A DNA stretch of 64,000 nucleotides from an uncultured Bacteroidales bacterium. GTDB taxonomy: Bacteria; Bacteroidota; Bacteroidia; Bacteroidales; UBA10428. The notes under the pieces were generated by a model. It was not told where the DNA came from. It saw only the letters and a list, made by a program, of their open reading frames with translations, and did no database searches. Shown piece after piece: positions 1-10,793 of this stretch. The stretch spans positions 18,401 to 82,400 of the forward strand of contig CAZQCO010000002.1 in NCBI GenBank assembly GCA_964592225.1. The letters run 5' to 3'. Each line of letters begins with the position of its first letter. Position 1 is the stretch's first letter. The position numbers were made by a program, and so were the translations under genes.

Positions 1-62
1 TCAAAAAGGACTGGAGAGATGAACCCAGAATGTTGCGAAGTTTTGGATACAATAATACATAA
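1..62 (+). CDS. era: 3' end of GTPase Era (partial, runs off window start)
   Basis: Frame from position 3 reads KKDWRDEPRMLRSFGYNNT*, resembling the Era KH-domain C-terminus; lies directly upstream of der. Confidence 0.7.
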   Translation, partial: KKDWRDEPRMLRSFGYNNT

Positions 63-81
63 CTCATCAAAATTCTGATAA

Positions 82-1386
82 GTGGGAAATATAGTTGCTA
101 TAGTGGGTCGCCCGAATGTCGGTAAATCGACCTTGTTCAACAGGTTAACCGAAACCCGTGATGCCATTGTCGATGAGATCGAAGGAGTAACACGTGATCG
201 ACAATATGGAAAGGCCGTGTGGAATGGAATCGATTTCTCCGTGATCGATACCGGTGGATATATCATGAATTCCGACGATATCTTTGAAACAGAAATCCGA
301 AAACAAGTTATTCTGGCTATCGAAGAAGCCGATGCCATTTTGTTTATGGTTGATGTAACTACGGGAATTACAGGGCTCGATGAATCGGTTGCAGCCTTAC
401 TTCGGAAAGTTAAAAGACCTTCTCTGCTTGTAGTAAATAAGGTCGATAATACTTCAAGACAATACGATGCACAGGAGTTTTATAAATTGGGTATGGGAGA
501 ATTGTATTGTATCTCTTCGGTAAGCGGAAGCGGAACAGGCGACCTACTGGATGCCCTTGTCACAAGTTTCAGGAAAGGTACAGAAAAAAGTATTGATGAT
601 CTGCCGAAATTTGCCATTGTGGGACGACCGAATGTGGGTAAATCATCGCTCGTTAATGCATTGATAGGTGAGGAACGGCATATTGTGACTCCCATTTCAG
701 GTACAACCCGCGATTCGATATATACGCGCTATACTAAATTTAGCCACGATTTTTATCTGGTCGATACAGCCGGTCTGCGAAAAAAAGGAAAAGTACATGA
801 GGACCTGGAATACTATTCGGTTATCCGTTCGGTGCGTGCCATCGAAAACTCAGATGTATGTCTGGTTCTGATCGATGCCATCTCGGGTATTGAATCGCAA
901 GATATCAATATTATCGCTTTGGCGCTCCGTAATAATAAAGGCGTAGTTATTCTGATCAATAAATGGGACCTCATTAAAAAAGAGACCAACACGGCCCGCG
1001 ATTATGAAAAACATTTAAAGGAGAAATTAAAACCTTTCAATGATGTACCGGTCATATTTACTTCGGCAATAACAAAGCAGCGTATCCACAAAGTATTAGA
1101 AACTGCTATCGAAGTTTATGAAAACCGCAAACGCCGTATTAGCACATCGGAATTGAATAGTCTTATGGCTAAAGTTATTGAAAATTATCCTCCGCCGGCA
1201 GTAAAAGGAAAATTTGTCCGCATTAAATATGTAACACAACTACCAAATAAAACCCCTTCGTTTGCGTTTTTCTGTAACCTGCCCCAATATATAAAAGATC
1301 CGTATAAACGCTATCTTGAAAATAAATTGCGCGAAAATTTTAACTTTACAGGAGTCCCTATCCGGATTTATATGAGGAAAAAATAA
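82..1386 (+). CDS. der: Ribosome biogenesis GTPase Der (EngA)
   Basis: Two tandem G-domains, each with GRPNVGKS, DTxG and NKxD motifs, plus KH-like C-terminus; GTG start. Confidence 0.97.
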   Translation: MGNIVAIVGRPNVGKSTLFNRLTETRDAIVDEIEGVTRDRQYGKAVWNGIDFSVIDTGGYIMNSDDIFETEIRKQVILAIEEADAILFMVDVTTGITGLDESVAALLRKVKRPSLLVVNKVDNTSRQYDAQEFYKLGMGELYCISSVSGSGTGDLLDALVTSFRKGTEKSIDDLPKFAIVGRPNVGKSSLVNALIGEERHIVTPISGTTRDSIYTRYTKFSHDFYLVDTAGLRKKGKVHEDLEYYSVIRSVRAIENSDVCLVLIDAISGIESQDINIIALALRNNKGVVILINKWDLIKKETNTARDYEKHLKEKLKPFNDVPVIFTSAITKQRIHKVLETAIEVYENRKRRISTSELNSLMAKVIENYPPPAVKGKFVRIKYVTQLPNKTPSFAFFCNLPQYIKDPYKRYLENKLRENFNFTGVPIRIYMRKK

Positions 1387-1392
1387 AAGGGT

Positions 1393-1920
1393 ATGAGACG
1401 GCTAATATTTATAGTACCACTACTTACAGTCATTTCAGTATCGTGTGTAAAATTCGATCCGGTATCGCCGGTTCCTGAAATTACATTTACAAGTCTGGAA
1501 CTGGCTTCCATTGTCGATACTTCGCTTGATAATCCAAATCTAATTGTAGGTGTACTGCTATTTGAATTTATTGATGGAGACGCTGATATCGGAGTCGAAG
1601 AAGCAGATGCCAACAATACTGAATTATCCGATTCGATAAGATACAATCTTTTCCTTACACCCTACAGTAAAATTGATGGAGTCTATTCTCCGATTGAATA
1701 CGATACCATTCCTCCCTATTATTCGATTATCCACGATCAGAAACTTGACCGGGTAGGACAAAACAAGACAATTAAAGGTAATATTACTTTGGTGATAATC
1801 GATTTGCCGGACTATGATACCATCCGGTATGATTTCATGTTACGTGACAGGGCCGGCAACAATAGCAATATAGAAATTACAACCGATCTTGGCACTAAGG
1901 CAGATTTCAGCCCCTTCTGA
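1393..1920 (+). CDS. Hypothetical lipoprotein
   Basis: Hydrophobic N-terminus ending in lipobox-like ISVSC; 6 nt after der. Confidence 0.6.
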   Translation: MRRLIFIVPLLTVISVSCVKFDPVSPVPEITFTSLELASIVDTSLDNPNLIVGVLLFEFIDGDADIGVEEADANNTELSDSIRYNLFLTPYSKIDGVYSPIEYDTIPPYYSIIHDQKLDRVGQNKTIKGNITLVIIDLPDYDTIRYDFMLRDRAGNNSNIEITTDLGTKADFSPF

Positions 1921-1940
1921 AACAGGAAATAATTCTGTTT

Positions 1941-3941
1941 CTATTCTTTAAAATCGATACTTAAAACTTTAAATTCAGTACGCCGGTTCAGGAAATGAGC
2001 CAGTTCCTGAAGGTCTTCGTCTTCAATGGAATTGATATATTGTTCGGTGAGTACCTGACCTTCACGAAGAAAAGGATAAGCCTCACTGTCTCGCCTATCA
2101 ACGGTTTTCGGAAGAGTTTCGCCATAACCTTTCGTTACCAGGCGTGAAGAATTAATGCCTTTAGTAATCAAATAATTCACCACCGATTGAGCTCTCCGTT
2201 CTGACAAATCGAGGTTAAAATCGTCATTACCCCTGTTATCAGTATGCGATCCGAGCTCAATAACTATGTTTGGATTATTGTTCAGGGTTTCTACTAACTT
2301 ATCAAGCGCTACTGTCGATTCGGGACGCAGGTCAGCACTGGCAAAGTCGAAGAAAATATTTTCTATGCGAATAGGTTCATCGATGGGTGGCAGATATATT
2401 GTGGCCGAGAATTCAGTACTGGTTTCTTTACCTTTAGTGGTTTCTCTTTCCTTACCTTTCAGAAAACCTTCTTTCTCTGCAAGGAAGACATAATCAGTAT
2501 TAGGTTTCAGAAGGAATTTAAATGTTCCATCAGTTCCGGTTGTCGATTCCAGGGTAATTCCATCACTGCTAATTGATTTAATAATAGCCCCGGAAATGGG
2601 TTCGTTAGTATTTTCATTTTTTACAATTCCGGTTATCGAAAATTTAATTGGAGGCAGTATGAACATATAAATATCATCACTTCTGCCCTTTCTCGATGAG
2701 CTAAAAAATCCTGCCTCACGCTCATTCTCGAAACAGATTCCAAAATCGTCGGCTGAGGAATTCATGGGATATTTCATATTAACAATATCCCAGTTACCCC
2801 CTGGAGCCTGAGTAGCCTTAAAAATATCCAGCCCTCCCATACCTAAATGGCCGTTGGAAGAAAAATAAAGGGTTCCGTCTCTGTGTACATAAGGAAATAG
2901 TTCATCCTCCGGTGTGTTGACAGGCTCTCCTAAATTCACAGGAGCACTCCAACTCCCGGAACCTGCCGAACGAGTTACCATCCATATATCTTTACTGTTT
3001 TTACCTGTACCATCCTTTATACTTCCATCCATATCCGAAACAAAGTAAATTGTATTTTCATCGGGGCTGATAGCCGGGTGCGCAATAACCATACTATCGC
3101 TGCCAAGGTTCAATGATTCAGGCTTTCCCCAATTGTCGCCACTTCTTGTTGAAACCATTATCTGGCAACCCATAGTTTTATTTTTACTTGATTCACAGCG
3201 TGTGAAGTACATTCGTGAATAATCACTGTTAATTATAGGAGTTCCTTCTTCATCCTCCGTATTAATTTCCTCTGAAAGAGGTAACGGAGTACTCCATGCG
3301 CCCTTTCTGTCCATTGTCGACAGAAAAATGTCGGAGAAATTCTGTCCTGTCCCTCCATGCTCTTTTTTTCCATAGGTTTCTTCGCGCGAGGAAGTAAAAT
3401 ATACTTCCCTGTAGTCGCCACTGGCATAGGTTGGGCTAAAATCATTCATTTTCGAATTAAAGTATTTCATTTCTTCAACAACATACCCGGTGGGAAATTC
3501 TAACCATTCCAAAGCCAAATCGCAGGATAAAATTCCATCAGTTGCACGGGAATCTCCTGGTACAAGTTCTTTGTAATTGCTGAACTGCTCCTTGGCCTCT
3601 TCATATTCGCCAATCATTTTGAGCATTTCGGCATAGTAAAGCGTAGCAATAGGATCTTCGTAATTTTTGTTAAGTACCTTTTTATACCACATGGCAGCTT
3701 GCTTGGGTTCGTTGATGTGTCTGTAACATTCCCCGATAAAAAAAGTAATGCGGACTTTTTCCTTTTTATCTGTAATCTTCTGGTAGGCATCCTTAAAAAT
3801 ATCTATCGCCTGAAAATATTCACCGGCTTCGTATGTTTCATAAGCCCGCTGAAGTCTTTTGTTTTGCGCATCTACTTCGAATGTCGAAATCAACATCAAA
3901 CCAAAAACAGCAATTATTATTGAAATTTTCATATTTCTCAT
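1941..3941 (-). CDS. PorE-like OmpA-family protein (TPR, PD40 propeller, carboxypeptidase-regulatory-like, OmpA_C)
   Basis: N-terminal TPRs, PD40 repeats (VNTPEDELFPY, SSNGHLGMGGLDIF), C-terminal OmpA motif (SHTDNRG, LSERRAQSV, NRRTEF). Confidence 0.85.
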   Translation of the reverse strand: MRNMKISIIIAVFGLMLISTFEVDAQNKRLQRAYETYEAGEYFQAIDIFKDAYQKITDKKEKVRITFFIGECYRHINEPKQAAMWYKKVLNKNYEDPIATLYYAEMLKMIGEYEEAKEQFSNYKELVPGDSRATDGILSCDLALEWLEFPTGYVVEEMKYFNSKMNDFSPTYASGDYREVYFTSSREETYGKKEHGGTGQNFSDIFLSTMDRKGAWSTPLPLSEEINTEDEEGTPIINSDYSRMYFTRCESSKNKTMGCQIMVSTRSGDNWGKPESLNLGSDSMVIAHPAISPDENTIYFVSDMDGSIKDGTGKNSKDIWMVTRSAGSGSWSAPVNLGEPVNTPEDELFPYVHRDGTLYFSSNGHLGMGGLDIFKATQAPGGNWDIVNMKYPMNSSADDFGICFENEREAGFFSSSRKGRSDDIYMFILPPIKFSITGIVKNENTNEPISGAIIKSISSDGITLESTTGTDGTFKFLLKPNTDYVFLAEKEGFLKGKERETTKGKETSTEFSATIYLPPIDEPIRIENIFFDFASADLRPESTVALDKLVETLNNNPNIVIELGSHTDNRGNDDFNLDLSERRAQSVVNYLITKGINSSRLVTKGYGETLPKTVDRRDSEAYPFLREGQVLTEQYINSIEDEDLQELAHFLNRRTEFKVLSIDFKE

Positions 3942-4179
3942 GCTTAGTGATGATTCGTGTAAAAATAAGTTAAATTGTCTAATATACGGAAATGAAAAAC
4001 TAACACCTTATTCTTAATTAACTGAATAAACAACAATATATTTTATACTGCTTATTAATCAAAATCAAAGAATAAGTAAGTGATTATGTAAGCTTAATAA
4101 AATTACACTTTTTTATAGCATCTCCTCTTTTATCCGGAAATCTTAAAGATCATGTGTTTTAAATCCCTCTTGTCTTTTA

Positions 4180-4187
4180 TACATTTG
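4180..4187 (+). promoter_or_regulatory. Bacteroidota sigmaA -7 element for the HTCS gene
   Basis: TACATTTG matches TAnnTTTG, 45 nt before the ATG. Confidence 0.55.
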
Positions 4188-4232
4188 TATTATTAAGTTC
4201 CAGTTTGTTGATCTCACTTTCATAGACACCCA

Positions 4233-7200
4233 ATGTATATAAGACTAAAAGTGATTAAGTGGAGCGTGTTTATAATATTTCTTCTGCAAGTTTTTATCAG
4301 TTATGGAATATCTCCTGATAAACTACGATTTAAGTATCTGACTGAAGAAAATGGACTAACCAACAGCTATATATACAGTATAGATCAGGACCGAAATGGT
4401 TTTATCTGGATAGGTACAGAAAACGGATTGTACCGTTACGACGGGTATCGTTTTAAGCATTACCTCAATTTTCCGGGCGATACAACAAGTATAAATTCCA
4501 ATGTTGTATTTAAACTTTATACTGATACTCACTATAATATATGGGTTGGTACCTTTATGGGAATCATGAGATATAATGAAGAAAATGACAGCTTTTATGA
4601 TTTTAATTTTCCCACAAACTACCGAAACGGATTACCTGTTCCTATTAAGGGTATAACCGAAAATACTGATAGTACCGTTATTGTATCAACCGATTTGGGG
4701 ATTGTCCTGATAGATCCGGTTAATTATAATACAAGGTTCATCCGATCTGGTTCCTCTGAATGCAATTATATCGGAAATAATATTACAACCTATTATGTTG
4801 ACCGACAAGGAAATCATTGGATTGCCACGGAAGCCGGAATTACCAAAATCGATGCTATAACATCTAAAATAAAATATTACAGACTAAATGAATATGCACT
4901 TAAGAAATTCTCTACTACTTACATACATGATATTTACCAGGATAGTCAATCTAACATCTGGATAGCAACACGTGAAGAAGGAGTCTTTATGAAATCCGGG
5001 TCATCGGAAATATTCAGGCAATATTATTATATAGAGAATGATAAAAATAGTCTGGGAAGTAATGAGACCTATGAAATATATGAAGATAAGGAAGAGCAGA
5101 TATGGATTAGCACAAATGGTGGCGGACTTAATTTATACAACCGTTTTACTAAAGATTTTATCAGAATAAAGCATGCTGCCAGTGAAAAGAACAGTCTACT
5201 CAATAATAATGTACGAACTATATTCGAGGACTTCCAGGGTAATCTATGGATTGCTTCATTTCAGGCAGGTGTTAATATTTATATCAACCATCCCCAATTA
5301 TTCAGATACTATGATATTAGTACTGATCAGCCCATCGATTATCAAAGTTCCACGGTTTGTTCAATATGTCAGTACGATGATACCAAACTATGGATTGGCA
5401 CCGATGGTGGAGGATTAAAACTACTGGACAGAAACAAGGGTACATTAAAAACATTCCTGCCTGAAAAAAACGTTTCCGGGAGTTTTCCTGATAAGGTTGT
5501 AATGACCATATACAAAGACAGATATAACGACTACTGGTTTGGAACCTACCAGGGAGGACTGGTGAAATATGATAAAAAGAGTCGAAATTTTTATTCTTAT
5601 CAAAACAATCCTTCTAATCCGTATAGCATCGGGAGCAATTTCGTTACTTCCATCATTGAGGATCAGAGGGGTAATTTCTGGGTTGGCACCAATGGCGGGG
5701 GTTTAAATCTCTATGATAGAAATACCAAAGAATTCAGGGCCTTTTTATACAATCCTGATGATACGAATTCATTGGTTGATAATTTCATAAATGATATAAT
5801 TGAAGATCACCAGGGAAACCTCTGGATAGGTACTTTTTGGGGTTTAAGCCGCTATGACATTCAGAAGTTTCGATTTTTTAACTATCACAGCGAAAAAACA
5901 AAAAGCTATTCACTTAGTCATAATACCGTTTTCTGTCTTTATAAAGACTCAAAGGATCGTTTATGGATAGGAACCCGGAATGGTTTAAATCTGTACAATT
6001 ACGAAGAAGATCGTTTTTACTATTTTTCTTTAGAAGGATTGTCGGGATGTTCTATATACGGCATATTGGAAGATGATCAGAATAATCTTTGGATCAGCAG
6101 TAACAGAGGACTAACAAAGTTTAATCCCGAAACACAGCAAATCCTCAATTTTTCAGAGTCTGATGGTCTCCAGGGCAATGAATTCTTCAGAAATTCATGT
6201 TATAGAGGAACACATGGAGAATTATTCTTTGGTGGAATTAATGGATTCAATGCGTTTTTTCCTGAAAAAGTCAAACAAAGAGAGTTTATACCCAATGTTG
6301 TAATTACTAATTTCAGAATATTCGATGAGGTAGTCCCGGTTGGCAAGCTTGACGACGGAAGAATAATTCTTGATCGTTCAATAAGTAAAACTTCAGCGAT
6401 TTTGCTTCGGTATTCCGATAAGGTTTTCTCCTTTGAGGTTGCCGCTCTCGATTTTATCACTCACGAAAACATGGTATATGCATACAAAATGGATGGATTC
6501 GATGAAGGATGGAATTATACCAATGCTGAGTATCCTGTAATTACCTATACAAATCTGAGTGCCGGTGATTATACGCTACTTATCAAAGCAGCCAATAGAA
6601 ATATTGTCGATCAGATCAATCAGTATACCCAGCTACGGATTAAAATTACTCCACCTTTCTGGAAATCATGGTGGGCCTATCTTCTCTATGTTTTCGCGTT
6701 ATTGATTTTATCTTATTATTTCTGGCGATTGACCCTTCAGCGAATTAAGGAAAGAGAACAAGTACGGCTTGAAATCATTAAGCGAGAGAAAGCTGAAGAG
6801 TTGAATCAGGCGAAACTTCGTTTCTTTACTAATATATCACACGAATTCCGAACACCTCTCACACTTATTCTCGGACCGCTTGAGCAATTGCTCAGGAAAG
6901 GAGTAGAAATTCAACCTTTTCAAAAGCAATTAAATATTATGCTTAAGAACGCTCGTCGCATGCTACGCCTTATTAATCAATTGCTCGACTTTCGTAAAAT
7001 TGAGGGAGGAAAAATGAGGCTGAAAGCGGAATATACTGATATAGTAAAATTCATACATGATATCATTCATTCCTTCGAGGAATATGCTATTGAGAAGCAA
7101 ATCAATTTTAAACTCCTGACACCGGTTGATAGTTATATGCTCTGGTTCGATCCTGATAAAATGGATAAAATACTATTTAATCTTCTCTCCAATGCATTCA

Positions 7201-8399
7201 AATTCACTTCTCAAAAAGATTCCATTACTATTGAAATAAAAACTGGGGTGAAATCCAGCGAATCTCAACCGGAAATAAACGAATACCTGCAAATAACAGT
7301 AAGAGATACTGGCAAAGGAATTCCCGAAAAAGAACTCCCCTATCTTTTCGAACGATTTTATCAGGCAGGTAATACCAGCTCACTATTTCAGGGCAGTGGT
7401 TTAGGTCTTTCGCTTACAAAAAATCTTATTGAAATACACCAGGGAAAAATCGCTGTTGATACTTCTCCTAGAGGAACCAGTTTTATTATTCTGTTACCGG
7501 TTGGCGATGCACACCTCAGTGATGAACAAAAAGTTATTCCCGAAAGTCCCGGAGTGAATAAATATATTCATCATAGTCCCGAAACTGCAGCAATCCAAAG
7601 CGAATTAAAAAAAGATAAACCGATTCAATATTTGCACAATAAACCAACAGTATTGCTTGTTGAAGACAACCTCGATCTGCGGCAATATATTGAAGAAGAA
7701 TTTCGCGATTACTATAATTTTTATAGTGCTTCCGATGGTGTCGAAGGTTATGAAATGGCTGTTGAAATACTCCCCGACCTTATAATTTCAGATATTATGA
7801 TGCCTGCGATGAATGGATTCGAGTTCTGTCAGAAAATAAAACAAAACATGGTTACCAGTCATATACCTGTAATTCTTCTTACCGCTAAAACATCAATGGA
7901 AAGTCAGATAAAAGGCTTTGAATCAGGTGCCGATTCCTATATCCCAAAACCATTTAATATTGAACAGCTAATTGCCACTACAAATTCACTAATCGAAAAT
8001 CGGAACAGACTCCGTGAAAAATTCAATATCGAAAAAGTACTATCCGATTTGCCTGTTAAAAATACTGCCGATGATAAGTTCATTCAAAAAGTTAATGATA
8101 CGGTAAATAATAATATCAGCGAAGTTGAATTTGGGGTACTTGAATTGAGTAAAGAACTCGGAATTAGCAGAGTTCATCTGCATCGAAAACTAAAATCTAT
8201 TGCCAACGTGAGCCCGAATGAGTTCATTAAAAACATACGTCTGCAAAAGTCCAGGGAATTACTATTACAATTGGAATTCACTATTTCGGAAGTTTGCTAT
8301 AAGGTTGGATTTAATTCACCGGCCTATTTTTCTAGCTGTTTTAAATCCTATTATCAAATGTCGCCTTCTGAATTTGTTGAACGCAATACACAGAAATAA
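4233..8399 (+). CDS. Hybrid two-component sensor/regulator (propeller, Y_Y_Y, HisKA, HATPase, REC, AraC HTH)
   Basis: Repeated GNLWIGT-type propeller motifs, TM helix, FFTNISHEFRTPLTLI H-box, receiver domain with DIMMP, AraC-type C-terminus. Confidence 0.95.
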   Translation: MYIRLKVIKWSVFIIFLLQVFISYGISPDKLRFKYLTEENGLTNSYIYSIDQDRNGFIWIGTENGLYRYDGYRFKHYLNFPGDTTSINSNVVFKLYTDTHYNIWVGTFMGIMRYNEENDSFYDFNFPTNYRNGLPVPIKGITENTDSTVIVSTDLGIVLIDPVNYNTRFIRSGSSECNYIGNNITTYYVDRQGNHWIATEAGITKIDAITSKIKYYRLNEYALKKFSTTYIHDIYQDSQSNIWIATREEGVFMKSGSSEIFRQYYYIENDKNSLGSNETYEIYEDKEEQIWISTNGGGLNLYNRFTKDFIRIKHAASEKNSLLNNNVRTIFEDFQGNLWIASFQAGVNIYINHPQLFRYYDISTDQPIDYQSSTVCSICQYDDTKLWIGTDGGGLKLLDRNKGTLKTFLPEKNVSGSFPDKVVMTIYKDRYNDYWFGTYQGGLVKYDKKSRNFYSYQNNPSNPYSIGSNFVTSIIEDQRGNFWVGTNGGGLNLYDRNTKEFRAFLYNPDDTNSLVDNFINDIIEDHQGNLWIGTFWGLSRYDIQKFRFFNYHSEKTKSYSLSHNTVFCLYKDSKDRLWIGTRNGLNLYNYEEDRFYYFSLEGLSGCSIYGILEDDQNNLWISSNRGLTKFNPETQQILNFSESDGLQGNEFFRNSCYRGTHGELFFGGINGFNAFFPEKVKQREFIPNVVITNFRIFDEVVPVGKLDDGRIILDRSISKTSAILLRYSDKVFSFEVAALDFITHENMVYAYKMDGFDEGWNYTNAEYPVITYTNLSAGDYTLLIKAANRNIVDQINQYTQLRIKITPPFWKSWWAYLLYVFALLILSYYFWRLTLQRIKEREQVRLEIIKREKAEELNQAKLRFFTNISHEFRTPLTLILGPLEQLLRKGVEIQPFQKQLNIMLKNARRMLRLINQLLDFRKIEGGKMRLKAEYTDIVKFIHDIIHSFEEYAIEKQINFKLLTPVDSYMLWFDPDKMDKILFNLLSNAFKFTSQKDSITIEIKTGVKSSESQPEINEYLQITVRDTGKGIPEKELPYLFERFYQAGNTSSLFQGSGLGLSLTKNLIEIHQGKIAVDTSPRGTSFIILLPVGDAHLSDEQKVIPESPGVNKYIHHSPETAAIQSELKKDKPIQYLHNKPTVLLVEDNLDLRQYIEEEFRDYYNFYSASDGVEGYEMAVEILPDLIISDIMMPAMNGFEFCQKIKQNMVTSHIPVILLTAKTSMESQIKGFESGADSYIPKPFNIEQLIATTNSLIENRNRLREKFNIEKVLSDLPVKNTADDKFIQKVNDTVNNNISEVEFGVLELSKELGISRVHLHRKLKSIANVSPNEFIKNIRLQKSRELLLQLEFTISEVCYKVGFNSPAYFSSCFKSYYQMSPSEFVERNTQK

Positions 8400-8548
8400 A
8401 TTTTAAATCAGCTATTCTTGTGCAGAAAATTATTTTATATCAAATTAATATTAAAATAATCTTGGCATGATTATTCGTAATATTTATTAATTTAAGTGAG
8501 CATTGTTTCCTCTTAGAATAAAGCGTATAAATTTTATAAGACATCCAT

Positions 8549-9160
8549 ATGAGTAAGATCCTACTTATTATAATTGGAAGCCTGGTCATTTTTTCAGCTA
8601 TTGGTTACTTTCTCTATTCCTTATTCATCAGGGAAGCTGATCTTTCTGTATACTGGCGTAAAAGACAAATCAGAAATAAAGAAAGTAATCAAATTAAAAA
8701 AGACATATATTTAAAAGAATTACAATTGAAAGCATATCAGGAATTAATTATACTGACGGTTAAATGCAGAAATCTTGTACAAAAGATTTCCCTGGAAATA
8801 AATAATCAATTAACTCAGCGATCGGCAACAAATCCCATACAGACTATTGAATTGCTTTTTCTGGATATGTTCCTTAAAGAGATTGACCAACTGGTGACAG
8901 ATTTGAATAATTTTAAAATAAAGCTGGAAATTGAATTACCTGAAAAAACAAACAACTACTTAAACCAACTCACCAAATGTATGTCTGAAATTCATGAGAT
9001 TATCAGTAAAATAATAAGTTCACTCCCGGATCAACAATTAAATTCAGAGAATCTATCAGATTTCAATCGACAAATAACCGATAAATACACGCTACTCATA
9101 AATCTTCATAAATGGATAATAAATCATTTTCAGGGAGTATTCACAACCATGCAAATTTAA
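8549..9160 (+). CDS. Hypothetical membrane-anchored helical protein
   Basis: 203-aa ORF with one N-terminal TM segment; no recognised motif. Confidence 0.55.
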   Translation: MSKILLIIIGSLVIFSAIGYFLYSLFIREADLSVYWRKRQIRNKESNQIKKDIYLKELQLKAYQELIILTVKCRNLVQKISLEINNQLTQRSATNPIQTIELLFLDMFLKEIDQLVTDLNNFKIKLEIELPEKTNNYLNQLTKCMSEIHEIISKIISSLPDQQLNSENLSDFNRQITDKYTLLINLHKWIINHFQGVFTTMQI

Positions 9161-9565
9161 TAAAGCAACCACCCATAACTAATATCCAGTGCATCATCAG
9201 AATTAAAATAAGCTTCTGCCAGTATTTAAACAAAATGTTGGTTACTAAGTAAATAGATTCTTCAAATCAGAACTAAATCTTCAAATCGAATTTCTTACTA
9301 CCAATAATCCTCCTTAGAAAAACATGTTTTTTTATTATAGGTATAAATTGCTTTACCTTTTTCAATGTTACCAAAATGATACAATAGGATACATGGCTTA
9401 AAGTAATTACCAGATTTTATTTTGTCTATTAACACGCTCTTACTTAAATTGGCGGCTGCTTTTCTGAGTTGTTGTATCGATTATTTTAGTCAAGTCGATA
9501 GTTTAATGTTCTGATAAGGGAATTTCTAACTTTACGTGTATTATTAATTACCAGCTGGGCTTAGC

Positions 9566-10738
9566 ATGAAAACATTTGATGAACGATTAAAATACCTCCA
9601 AAAGAATCACGAAACTCTTATAAAGAGAAAGAACGAACCTATTGAATATACAAATGGGATTATTCAACGCTATAAATACCCGGTACTTACAGCCGCGCAT
9701 GCACCTATACACTGGCGTTACGACCTAAATCCCAAGACAAATCCTTTCCTGATGGAACGCATAGGGATAAACGCCACATTCAATGCCGGAGCTATAAAAC
9801 TCAATAACAAATACCTGTTAATAGTACGTGTAGAGGCCGTTGATCGCAAATCGTTCTTTGCAGTGGCCGAAAGCAGTAATGGTATTGATAATTTTCGTTT
9901 CTGGGAACGTCCCATCACCATGCCTGAAACTAACAAACCGGATACGAATGTTTACGATATGCGTATTATTCAACACGAAGATGGCTGGATGTACGGACTA
10001 TTCTGTGCCGAACGACACGATCCTGCATACCCCGATGATCCATCAGCAGCGATTGCCAGTTGTGGTATAACCCGCACAAAGGATCTTTTAAACTGGGAAC
10101 GATTACCTGACTTAATAAGTCATTCAGGGCAACAAAGGAACGTTGTACTTCATCCTGAATTCATAAATGGAAAATATGCGCTTTACACGCGTCCACAGGA
10201 TGGATTTATAGAGACCGGTTCGGGTGGAGGAATTGGTTTTGGATTTACCGATAGAATGGAAAAGGCTGAAGTACAAGAAGAGGTAGTAATCGACCCGAAA
10301 GTCTATCATACCATAACTGAAGTTAAAAACGGACTGGGCTCTGCTCCGATAAAAACTTCTAAAGGCTGGCTACAGTTGGCACATGGTGTGCGCAACACTG
10401 CTGCCGGTCTGCGATATGTGTTATATGCATTTATGACCGATCTGAATAATCCTTCGAAAGTAATTCATCGTCCGGCAGGATATTTACTGGCACCTGAAAA
10501 TGAAGAACGTGTTGGCGACGTATCAAATGTCCTATTTGGAAATGGCTGGATTTGTGACGATGATAATACAATCTATTTATACTATGCCAGTTCCGACACA
10601 CGCTTACATGTTGCCACCACCTCTGTCGACCGCCTTATTGATTATTGTAAAAATACACCCGAAGATGGATTGCGATCGGCCAAAACTGTTGAAACAATCA
10701 CTAAGATGATAGATAAAAACAAGGCTTTTCTTAAGTAA
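9566..10738 (+). CDS. GH130 4-O-beta-D-mannosyl-D-glucose phosphorylase
   Basis: [41 protein letters not shown] motifs of the MGP-type GH130 subfamily. Confidence 0.9.
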   Translation: MKTFDERLKYLQKNHETLIKRKNEPIEYTNGIIQRYKYPVLTAAHAPIHWRYDLNPKTNPFLMERIGINATFNAGAIKLNNKYLLIVRVEAVDRKSFFAVAESSNGIDNFRFWERPITMPETNKPDTNVYDMRIIQHEDGWMYGLFCAERHDPAYPDDPSAAIASCGITRTKDLLNWERLPDLISHSGQQRNVVLHPEFINGKYALYTRPQDGFIETGSGGGIGFGFTDRMEKAEVQEEVVIDPKVYHTITEVKNGLGSAPIKTSKGWLQLAHGVRNTAAGLRYVLYAFMTDLNNPSKVIHRPAGYLLAPENEERVGDVSNVLFGNGWICDDDNTIYLYYASSDTRLHVATTSVDRLIDYCKNTPEDGLRSAKTVETITKMIDKNKAFLK

Positions 10739-10793
10739 AATAAAATAATATGAATAACTATTTAGTAATCCTAATTAATTTAAATCCACAACT

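Noticed and set aside
5261-7370. TCAGGCAGG at 5261 and 7361 matching one arm of the palindromic insert
   Set aside because: Both are in-frame codons (F/Y-Q-A-G) of the HTCS with no partner arm.
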